Source: Roseococcus sp.
GTDB taxonomy: Bacteria > Pseudomonadota > Alphaproteobacteria > Acetobacterales > Acetobacteraceae
Direction of reading: 5' to 3'
Assembly (NCBI GenBank): GCA_046291055.1
Contig: JBKBSR010000001.1
Location: 1 to 53,096 of the forward strand
DNA length: 53,096 bases
Under the pieces are notes generated by a model, which was not told the origin of the DNA, searched no databases, and saw nothing but the letters and a program-made list of their open reading frames with translations. Position 1 is the stretch's first letter; each line of letters begins with the position of its first letter. The position numbers and the translations under genes were made by a program. Below, in pieces: positions 45,865 to 53,096 of the stretch.

Positions 45865-46616
45865 CGCTGCGCGTCGAGGATCTGCACAAGAGCTTCGGCG
45901 GCGTGCAGGCGGTGGCGGGCGTCTCGCTCGAGGTGGCGGCGGGGGAGCTGGTGGCGCTGATCGGGCCCAATGGCGCGGGCAAGTCCACCTGCTTCAACAT
46001 GCTCAACGGGCAGCTCCGCCCGGATCGCGGGCGCGTGGTGCTGAAGGGCGAGGACATCACCGGCCTGCCGCCGCGCGCCATCTGGCGGCGCGGGGTGGGC
46101 CGCACCTTCCAGATCACCGCCACCTTCGCCTCGATGAGCGTGCTGGAGAACGTGCAGATGGCGCTGCTCTCGCACCGGCGGCGCCTGTTCGATCTCTGGC
46201 GGCCCGTCTCGCGCGAGGATCCGGCCGAGGCGCTGGCGCTTCTCGCGCGCGTCGGCATGCAGGCGCAGGCCGCCCGTCCCTGCGGCGTGCTGGCCTATGG
46301 CGACCTGAAGCGCGTGGAGCTCGCCATCGCGCTGGCCAACGCCCCCGCCCTGCTGCTGATGGACGAGCCCACCGCCGGCATGGCCCCGGCCGAGCGCGTG
46401 GCGCTGATGGAGCTGACGGCGCGCATCGCCCGCGACTCGGGCATCGCCGTGCTGTTCACGGAGCACGACATGGACGTGGTCTTCGCCCATGCCGACCGCA
46501 TCCTGGTGCTCGACCGCGGGCGGCCCATCGCCGAGGGCCGGCCGGCCGAGGTGCGCGCCGATGCGCGCGTGCGCGAGGTCTATCTCGGCACCGGCGCCAC
46601 CCACGGGGGGCATTGA
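45861..46616 (+). CDS. ABC ATPase, LivG-like
   Basis: KSFGGVQAV, GPNGAGKST, LAYGDLKRVE, MDEPTAG, EHDMD, VREVYLG. Confidence 0.92.
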   Translation: MTLRVEDLHKSFGGVQAVAGVSLEVAAGELVALIGPNGAGKSTCFNMLNGQLRPDRGRVVLKGEDITGLPPRAIWRRGVGRTFQITATFASMSVLENVQMALLSHRRRLFDLWRPVSREDPAEALALLARVGMQAQAARPCGVLAYGDLKRVELAIALANAPALLLMDEPTAGMAPAERVALMELTARIARDSGIAVLFTEHDMDVVFAHADRILVLDRGRPIAEGRPAEVRADARVREVYLGTGATHGGH

Positions 46617-47317
46617 TGCTGGAGGTGGAGGGGCTGCATGCGCATTACGGCCGCGCGCACATCCTGCAGGGCGTCACGCTCTCCGCCGCGCAGGGCGAGG
46701 TGGTCGCGCTGCTCGGCCGCAACGGCGCGGGCAAGAGCACCACGATGAAGGCCGTCATGGGCCTGGTGCGGCCCACGGGCGGGCGCGTGCGCTTCCAGGG
46801 GGTGGACGTGACGGGGCGCGAGCCCTTCGAGATCGCGCGCCAGGGCCTCGGCTATGTGCCGGAGGAGCGGCGCATCTTCACCGAGCTCACGGTGATGGAG
46901 AACCTCGAGGTGGGCCGCCAGCCGCCGCGCGAGGGCCTCGCGCCCTGGACGCCGGAGCGCGTCTTCGCCCTCTTCCCGCCGCTTGCCGCCATGCGCACGC
47001 GCCCGGGCGGGCGGATGAGCGGCGGCGAGCAGCAGATGCTCACCATCGCCCGCACCCTGATGGGCAACCCGCGCCTCATCCTGCTCGACGAGCCGAGCGA
47101 GGGGCTCGCGCCCGTCATCGTCGAGCGCATGGCCGCCGCCATCCTCGAACTCAAGCGCGAGGGGATCACGGTGCTGCTGAGCGAGCAGAACCTGCACTTC
47201 GCGCGCCTCGTCTCCGACCGCGCCTGCGTGCTGGAGAAGGGCGCGATCCGCTGGGAGGGGACGCTGGCTGCGCTGATGGAGGCCGAGGAGGTCCGCGCGC
47301 AGTATCTCAGCGTCTGA
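46616..47317 (+). CDS. ABC ATPase, LivF-like
   Basis: GRNGAGKST, YVPEERRIF, MSGGEQQML, LDEPSEGLAP, EQN. Confidence 0.92.
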   Translation: MLEVEGLHAHYGRAHILQGVTLSAAQGEVVALLGRNGAGKSTTMKAVMGLVRPTGGRVRFQGVDVTGREPFEIARQGLGYVPEERRIFTELTVMENLEVGRQPPREGLAPWTPERVFALFPPLAAMRTRPGGRMSGGEQQMLTIARTLMGNPRLILLDEPSEGLAPVIVERMAAAILELKREGITVLLSEQNLHFARLVSDRACVLEKGAIRWEGTLAALMEAEEVRAQYLSV

Positions 47318-47320
47318 GGC

Positions 47321-47917
47321 TCACAGCGCGGGTTCGCCCAGCGAGAGCATCAGCCGGTTCGCCCAGTTGAAGAAGGCGGCGGCGTGGATGAGGTCGCTGA
47401 TCGCCTCCTCGTCCAGCCCCGCCGCGCGCAGGCGATGCACATGCGCGTCGCCGAAGCGGATGGGGGTCACGGTGAGATCCACCGCCGCCTCCACGATGGC
47501 GTTCCAGCGCTCGCCGAGATCCGCCGTCACGCCTTCCGCCAGCAGCCGGTCCACCTCCGCCTCGCGCTTCGAGTAGGTGACGGCGTGGCGCGCATGGACC
47601 GAGGCGCAGTAGATGCAGCCGTTGAGGCGCGAGGCCGCGGCGGCGGCCAGCTCGCGCTCCGCGCGGGGCAGCCCGCCCTCGGTGTTGTAGAAGATGTCCT
47701 TGTCGGTGCGGGTGCGGTGCTCCAGCGCGTCCGGGTCATGCGCCAGCAGGCGGAAATAGGCGGATTTCGCGCGCGCCTTGTCCACCAGCGCGGCCATGTG
47801 GCGCGGCGTCAGCGCCTCCTCGGCGAGGGGTTCGAGCCAGGGCAGCCAGTCCAGCATCGCGCGCGTGAACGCCTCGGGCGCCCGATGGCCGGAGGGGGTG
47901 AGGATCGCGTCGGTCAT
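47321..47917 (-). CDS. Alkylhydroperoxidase AhpD/CMD-domain protein (Avi_7169-like)
   Basis: W.PWLEP, YFRLLA.DP, GLPRAERELAA, SRLNGCIYCASVH, FFNWANRLMLSLGEP. Confidence 0.88.
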   Translation of the reverse strand: MTDAILTPSGHRAPEAFTRAMLDWLPWLEPLAEEALTPRHMAALVDKARAKSAYFRLLAHDPDALEHRTRTDKDIFYNTEGGLPRAERELAAAAASRLNGCIYCASVHARHAVTYSKREAEVDRLLAEGVTADLGERWNAIVEAAVDLTVTPIRFGDAHVHRLRAAGLDEEAISDLIHAAAFFNWANRLMLSLGEPAL

Positions 47918-48507
47918 GCGGCGTCTCCCACATGGCGCGCCAGCACGGCGAGGCCATGGGCGGCGCGAAGCTGATAGGCGAGGAAGGCGACGAGCTGCGA
48001 GAGGCTGACGATCTCGGACGTGCTCCATCCCGCCGCGAGCAGGGGCGCGAAGCGCTGCGGCGCGGCGTCGCGCGGGTGGAACACCAGGAAATGCGCGTGG
48101 GCGAAGGCGGCGGCGAGCCGCGGGCCCAGCGCGCCCGCGGCCTCCGGCGGCAGGGCGAAAACCGGCGCAGGCGTGTCCTCGGCGCTGAGCGGGCAGGGTG
48201 GATAGGCGCCGCGCGGGCCGTCGGCGCGCGTCGTGGAGGCGGCTGCCGCGACGGGCGCGCAGAGTTCGGGCGCGCGCGCCGCCAGCCCCGCCGCATAGTG
48301 CCGCGCGAGGGGGCTCTCGCCGTGCAGCGCGGCCACATAGGCCGCCACCGCGAAGCGCTCGGCCTCGGTGAAGCGGCCTGGCGAGTCGGGGGTGAGCAGG
48401 ACGCGATGGCTCTCCTGCGTGTGGGTGCGGGCGATCGGGCGCCGCGCGCGGATGCGGTCCATGGGCGAGCCGGGCGTCACGCCGAGCAGCGTGTCGAGCA
48501 GGTCCAT
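47914..48507 (-). CDS. CMD-domain protein (Avi_7170-like, no CxxC)
   Basis: ERFAVAAYVA.LHG, HAHFLVFHPRDA, IVSLSQLVAFLAYQLR. ATGA overlap with the AhpD gene. Confidence 0.82.
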   Translation of the reverse strand: MDLLDTLLGVTPGSPMDRIRARRPIARTHTQESHRVLLTPDSPGRFTEAERFAVAAYVAALHGESPLARHYAAGLAARAPELCAPVAAAASTTRADGPRGAYPPCPLSAEDTPAPVFALPPEAAGALGPRLAAAFAHAHFLVFHPRDAAPQRFAPLLAAGWSTSEIVSLSQLVAFLAYQLRAAHGLAVLARHVGDAA

Positions 48508-48530
48508 CTGGTGCGGTCCTCCAGGGTGGT

Positions 48531-49577
48531 TCAGGCCACGCGGGCGGCGGGAAGGGCAGGGGCGGGGCGCCAGCCCAGGGCGGGCGCCACCTCGCGCGCC
48601 ACCAGCTCGATGGAGCGCAGGATGAAGGGGTGCGGCGGGTCCACCGAATGCACCTGCACGGCGAGCTCGGTGGCGTGCCGCAGCGTGGCGTCGGCGGAGA
48701 GCGAGGCGATCACCTCCTCGGGCGTGCCGAGATGCACGTCCTGCCGGCGGATCATCTCCTCGACCGGCGGCGGCTCGCCCTCGGCGCGGCCGAGCGCGAC
48801 GAGCCGGCGGTGGAAGCGGCCGAGCCCGCGCTCGGCGAAGCGCAGCGCCTGCGCGCGATCCTCCGCCACGAAGACGGAGCGCGAGGCGAGGATGCGCGGC
48901 GCCACCCCCTCGGGCAGCGCCGTGCGATAGGCCGCGATCATCGGGAGCTGGATGTCGGCGAGGCACGCCTGCGGCGCATGCGCCGGGCGCGGCTGGGTGC
49001 GCGAGAGCAGCAGCCCCGCGCCGATCGCGCCCGCCGCGCGCGCGCCCTCCACCGAGAAGGTGGCGAACCAGAGCCGTGAGAGCAGGCCGGGGTGGGCGGG
49101 GTAGAGGCGGTCGCCGCCCGGCAGGGGCTGGCCGGCCAGCGCCTGGCGCAGCAGCGCGAGATGCGCCTCGAACACCTCCCGCCGCCGCGCATTGTCCAGG
49201 CCGAAGGCGGCGAAGGCGGCCGGATTCCCGCCCGGCCCCACGCCGAGTTCGAGCCGCCCGCCCGAGAGCAGGTCCAGCACGCTCGCGTCCTCGGCCACGC
49301 GGATGGGGAGTTCCATGGGCAGGGTGACGATGCCCGTGCCGAGCCGGATGCGGCTGGTGCGCGCCGCCACCTGCGCGAGAAAGACGAAGGGCGCGGGCAG
49401 CCCGCCCTCATCGGCGTTGAAATGGTGCTGCGCGACCCAGGCGGAGTCGAAGCCCTCCGCCTCGGCATGGCGGATCTGCTCGGTGGCGAGGCGGTAGCGC
49501 TCGGCGGGCTCCGCCTCGTCCAGCAGCCGCGTGAAGACGCCGAGGCGCAGGGTGCGGGGCGGGGCGGGTGCGGGCAT
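48531..49577 (-). CDS. FMN-dependent luciferase-like monooxygenase (KPN_01858-like)
   Basis: LGVFTRLLD, GFDSAWVAQHHF...EGGLPAP, RVAEDA.VLD, LLLSRTQPR, QVHSVDPPH. Confidence 0.88.
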   Translation of the reverse strand: MPAPAPPRTLRLGVFTRLLDEAEPAERYRLATEQIRHAEAEGFDSAWVAQHHFNADEGGLPAPFVFLAQVAARTSRIRLGTGIVTLPMELPIRVAEDASVLDLLSGGRLELGVGPGGNPAAFAAFGLDNARRREVFEAHLALLRQALAGQPLPGGDRLYPAHPGLLSRLWFATFSVEGARAAGAIGAGLLLSRTQPRPAHAPQACLADIQLPMIAAYRTALPEGVAPRILASRSVFVAEDRAQALRFAERGLGRFHRRLVALGRAEGEPPPVEEMIRRQDVHLGTPEEVIASLSADATLRHATELAVQVHSVDPPHPFILRSIELVAREVAPALGWRPAPALPAARVA

Positions 49578-49582
49578 GGCGC

Positions 49583-49652
49583 ATCATCGCGCGGGTTGCG
49601 CCCCGGGCTCAATCCCCGCGCCGTTGACGCACGCCGCGGCCTCGGGGAGCGT
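49583..49652. promoter_or_regulatory. Back-to-back sigma70-like promoters for two divergent, probably leaderless monooxygenase genes
   Basis: Plus strand: TTGACG(49624)-N17-GAGCGT, then 7 nt to ATG 49660. Minus strand: TTGAGC(49612)-N18-GATGAT, then 5 nt to ATG 49577. Confidence 0.4.
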
Positions 49653-49659
49653 CATCGCC

Positions 49660-51024
49660 ATGCCCGATCGCCACATCCTGCTCCACGCCTTCACGATGAA
49701 CACGGTGGGCCATGTCTCGCCCGGGCTCTGGACCCACCCGCGCGACCGCAGCACCGACTACCGCCACCTGCGCCACTGGACGGAGCTCGCGCGGCTGTGC
49801 GAGCGCGGGCTGTTCGACGGCGTGTTCCTCGCGGATGTGCTCGGCCTCTACGACGTGCATCGCGGCGGGCCGGAGACGGCGCTGGCCGTCGCCGCCCAGG
49901 TGCCGGTGAACGACCCGCTCCTCGTCGTCCCGGCCATGGCGGCGGTGACCGAGCATCTGGGCTTCGGCGTCACCGTGAACCTGAGCCATGAACCGCCCTT
50001 CCTGCTGGCGCGGCGGCTGTCCACGCTCGATCACCTCACCGAGGGGCGCGTGGGCTGGAACATCGTCACCGGCTACCTCGCCAGCGCCGCACGCGCCATG
50101 GGCCAGCCCGCGCTGCGCGCGCATGACGAGCGCTACGATCTCGCCGAGGAATACATGGAGGTCGTCTACCGGCTCTGGGAGGAGAGCTGGGAGGAGGGCG
50201 CGGTGCGGCGCGACCGCGCACGCACCCTCTACGCCGACCCGGCGCGGGTGCACGCCATCCGCCACCAGGGCGCGCATCTTGCGCTGGAGGCGATCCATCT
50301 CTGCGAGCCCTCGCCGCAGCGCACGCCGGTGCTCTACCAGGCGGGCACATCGAGCGCGGGCCGGCGCTTCGCAGGGCGGCACGCCGAATGCGTCTTCGTC
50401 AGCGGCCCGACGGTGGAGGTGATCGCCCCGCGCGTGGCCGCGCTGCGCGAGGCGGCGGCGGCGGCCGGCCGCGCGCCCGAGGATCTGCGCATCCTCTCCG
50501 CGCTGACCGCCATCGTCTGCGCCACGCGCGCCGAGGCCGAGGACCGCTGGGCCGAGTATCAGCGCCACCGCAGCCTGGACGGCGCGCTGGCGCTGATGTC
50601 GGGCTGGACGGGGCTCGACTTCGCCGCGCTCGACCCGGAGGCGCGGGTGGCGCAGGTGGAGACGGAGGCGATGCGCACCGCGCTCGAGAACATCACCCGC
50701 GCCGATCCCGCGCGTTCCTGGACGGTGCGCGAGGTGGCGGAGTTCACCGCCATCGGCGGCAATGGCCCGGTGCTGGTGGGGGATGCGCGCGGCGTGGCGG
50801 ACCAGCTTCTCGACTGGGTGGACCGCACGGGGGTGGACGGGCTCAACCTCGCCTCGGCGGTGATGCCCGAGACCCTCGCCGGGGTGGTGGAGTTCCTGGT
50901 GCCCGAGCTGCAGCGGCGCGGCCGCTACAAGACGCGCTACGCACCGGGCACGCTGCGGCGGAAGCTGTTCGGGCGCGACCGGCTCGCGCCGCCGCATCCC
51001 GGCGCGGCGTTCCGGCGCGGCTAG
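49660..51024 (+). CDS. LLM-class flavin monooxygenase, NtaA/DszA/SoxA family
   Basis: GLWTHPRD, ERGLFDGVFLAD, TLDHLTEGRVGWNIVT, HDERY, PSPQRTPVLYQAGTS, VPELQRRG. Confidence 0.92.
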   Translation: MPDRHILLHAFTMNTVGHVSPGLWTHPRDRSTDYRHLRHWTELARLCERGLFDGVFLADVLGLYDVHRGGPETALAVAAQVPVNDPLLVVPAMAAVTEHLGFGVTVNLSHEPPFLLARRLSTLDHLTEGRVGWNIVTGYLASAARAMGQPALRAHDERYDLAEEYMEVVYRLWEESWEEGAVRRDRARTLYADPARVHAIRHQGAHLALEAIHLCEPSPQRTPVLYQAGTSSAGRRFAGRHAECVFVSGPTVEVIAPRVAALREAAAAAGRAPEDLRILSALTAIVCATRAEAEDRWAEYQRHRSLDGALALMSGWTGLDFAALDPEARVAQVETEAMRTALENITRADPARSWTVREVAEFTAIGGNGPVLVGDARGVADQLLDWVDRTGVDGLNLASAVMPETLAGVVEFLVPELQRRGRYKTRYAPGTLRRKLFGRDRLAPPHPGAAFRRG

Positions 51025-52154
51025 AGCCCCGCCACCCCCGGCCCCAGCGTCTCGAACAGCCGCGCGAGCAGCCGCGTGCGCGGCACGAGGCAGCCGATCT
51101 CCAGGAACTCCTCGCGCGTGTGCGGCCCGCCGCCGATCACGCCCAGCCCATCGAGGGTGGGAACGCCCAGCGCCCCGGTGAAGTTGCCGTCGCTGCCGCC
51201 GCCGGCCACGCGCTCGCCCGCCAGCGGGAAGCCGATCTCGCGCGCCAGCGCGGCGGCGTGGTCGTAGAGCGCCTGGATGGCGGGGGTCTTGGCATAGGGC
51301 GGGCGGCCGAGGCCGGGCGACACCTCCGTGCGCACATCCGCATCGTGCCGCGCGAGGCTGAGCACTGCCGCGCGCAGCGCCGCCTCCTCGCGCGCGGTGG
51401 GCACGAGCGCGTAGCAGATGGCGCGGCATTCGGCGGGCACCATGTTCTCGTGCGCGCCGCCCTGCACGACGCCGATGTTCACGCAGAAGTTCCGCGCGTG
51501 GTCGGTCAGAGCCTCAAGGGCCAGGATGTGATGCGCCATTTCGCGCACCGCGCTGCGGCCCTCGGCGTGATAGGCGCCCGCATGGGCGGGGCGGCCATGT
51601 GTGGCCAGATGCCAGCGCGCGATGCCGTGCCGCGCGACGGTGAGCCTGCCGCCCTCGCCCGAGGGTTCCACCACCAGCACCGCCCGGTGCCGCAGCGCCT
51701 CCGCCTCGATGGCGGCGCGCGAGGTCGGGCTGCCCATCTCCTCGTCGGGGATCATCATGACGCTGACGGAGAGGCGCGGGCGCAGGCCCAGGGCGTGCAG
51801 GTGCTGCAGCGCCGCCAGCGCGATCGCGTTGCCGCCCTTCATGTCGTAGATGCCCGGGCCATAGGCGCGCCCGCACTCGCGCCGCGCGGGGAAGCTGCCC
51901 AGCGGATGCACCGTGTCCATGTGGCCGAGCAGCAGGAGGCCGGGGCCTTCCTCCGCGCCGGGCACGCGGCCGATCAGGATGTCGCCGAAGCCCTCGCGCC
52001 CGGGCGTGCGCTCGATGGCGGCGCCCAGGCCGCGCAGCAGCGCCTCCGCATGGTCCGCCACGCGGTTCACGCCCGGCACGTGCCGGGTGGGGCTTTCGAT
52101 CGCCACCCAGCCCTGCACCGCCTCCAGCAGCGCCTCCTCCGACAGCGCCCTCAT
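51021..52154 (-). CDS. M20 family metallopeptidase (glutamate carboxypeptidase-like)
   Basis: IESPT, GHMDTV, GIYDMKGG, PDEEMGS, VEP, GGSDGNF, GPHTREE. Confidence 0.92.
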   Translation of the reverse strand: MRALSEEALLEAVQGWVAIESPTRHVPGVNRVADHAEALLRGLGAAIERTPGREGFGDILIGRVPGAEEGPGLLLLGHMDTVHPLGSFPARRECGRAYGPGIYDMKGGNAIALAALQHLHALGLRPRLSVSVMMIPDEEMGSPTSRAAIEAEALRHRAVLVVEPSGEGGRLTVARHGIARWHLATHGRPAHAGAYHAEGRSAVREMAHHILALEALTDHARNFCVNIGVVQGGAHENMVPAECRAICYALVPTAREEAALRAAVLSLARHDADVRTEVSPGLGRPPYAKTPAIQALYDHAAALAREIGFPLAGERVAGGGSDGNFTGALGVPTLDGLGVIGGGPHTREEFLEIGCLVPRTRLLARLFETLGPGVAGL

Positions 52155-52891
52155 GCCGCGCCGCCCCTGAGCAGCGCCGCCAGCGCCGGATCGAGCCCGA
52201 GGCTCGCGCGGCCCTGGGGCGGGGCGAGGCTGCCCGCGCGCGGCCGCGGCAGCTTCAGCGCCACCAGCATCTCGCAGAGCTTCACCCCGGCGGCGATGCC
52301 GTCGAGCAGCGGCACCGGCGCCTCGGCCTGCAGCCGCGGGCCCATGCCGGCGAGCGCCGCGCCGCCCATCACCACCGCGTCCGCCCCTTCGGCCACGGCG
52401 CGGGCGATTCCCGCCTGCACCTTGCGCGCCACGCCGTCGGGGTCGCGCACCGCCTCCTGCGGCGTCGCCTCCACGCCCACCAGCGCGGCGCAACGCCCGG
52501 CAAGCCCGTGCTGCGCGATGCGCTCGCGGTAGGTCTCCACGCCCCCGAAGGTGACGAGGCCGAAGCGCGCGCCCACCAGGCAGGCGGCGAAGCAGGCGGC
52601 CTCGGTCATGCCCACCACGGGGCAGGGCATGAGCTGGCGCGCCGCCTCCAGCGCCGTGTCGTGGCTCACCGCCAGCAGGCAGGCCTCCACCCGCCCGGCA
52701 TGCTCGGCGAGCAGCGAGAGCAGCGCATGGCCGGCGATGACGTTCTCGGCGCGGGTGGCGATCACCTCCGGGCCGAAGCGCGGCGTGGCGGGGATGATCT
52801 CCGTGCCCGGTGCGGCGGGGGGGGGAGGGGCAGGGGCAAAAGGCTGAGGAGGGGGAGAGGGGGTGGTGGGGTGGGGTTGGGTTTTCCCTCC
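52151..52891 (-). CDS. Asp/Glu/hydantoin racemase family protein; 5' end corrupted and start approximate
   Basis: AAPGTEII, PVVGMTEAA, FGLVT, GADAVVMGGAALAG, VPLLDG. The first ~25 codons are C-biased on the minus strand. Confidence 0.8.
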   Translation of the reverse strand, partial: GGKTQPHPTTPSPPPQPFAPAPPPPAAPGTEIIPATPRFGPEVIATRAENVIAGHALLSLLAEHAGRVEACLLAVSHDTALEAARQLMPCPVVGMTEAACFAACLVGARFGLVTFGGVETYRERIAQHGLAGRCAALVGVEATPQEAVRDPDGVARKVQAGIARAVAEGADAVVMGGAALAGMGPRLQAEAPVPLLDGIAAGVKLCEMLVALKLPRPRAGSLAPPQGRASLGLDPALAALLRGGAA

Positions 52892-53096
52892 TGGGGTGGC
52901 CCGGACCGGTTTCCGGGCCAGGTCCGCCGGCTCGCCCGCGTCCAGGATGACGACGCGCCGGGTGTTCCCGTAGTCGCGCTGGACGGACCTCGCGATGCCG
53001 TGGAGCGCGCCGGCGGCGGCTGCAGCGGCAGCGTTCCGGCTGGGGGCGAGGTCAGGCACCGCCAGCACCAGCAGGCTCCCGGTGCCGAGGGTAGGC
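52815..53096. other. Probable low-quality or chimeric contig end
   Basis: G-run-rich tract at 52815-52882, followed by coding-like sequence unrelated to the racemase. Confidence 0.65.

Noticed and set aside
52815-52882. G-quadruplex or genuine proline-rich linker
   Set aside because: Better explained as G-biased base-calling damage of the racemase 5' end.
1-53096. CRISPR arrays, tRNA/rRNA, IS/integrase, prophage or anti-phage defence genes
   Set aside because: No spaced direct repeats or RNA-gene signatures were seen. Nearly all sequence is explained by other CDS with short intergenic gaps.

Overview
Very GC-rich, gene-dense chromosomal segment of an alphaproteobacterium. Gene content and protein style suggest an Acetobacteraceae/Roseomonas-like organism (inference). 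It holds about 47 CDS; I found no rRNA, tRNA, CRISPR array, integrase or IS element. Recognisable blocks: csaA-gpt, GGT plus amidase, an orphan pair of Opp/Dpp ATPases, an RND pump, a complete cbb3 oxidase operon ccoNOQP-GHIS with an FNR/FixK box, a complete pstSCAB-phoU-phoB operon with a Pho box, allE, a pimF/C/D-like beta-oxidation trio with a Liv-type ABC transporter, a luciferase-like monooxygenase/CMD/AhpD cluster, an M20 peptidase and a racemase-family gene. The best candidate for an undescribed system is at 25.4-31.0 kb. There, a permease-less, Cys-rich TRAP (DctP) binding protein is translationally coupled to a Cache-PAS-HK-REC-Hpt hybrid kinase and converges on a signal-peptide-less cadherin plus DUF4214-like surface protein with a CtrA-like box. 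Other notable points: a 61-aa membrane protein coupled to ccoS, strong Lys depletion in periplasmic proteins, probable leaderless promoters, and a racemase lacking both catalytic Cys. The last ~280 bp look like a degraded or chimeric contig end. All family calls come from motif recognition by eye, not from database searches.
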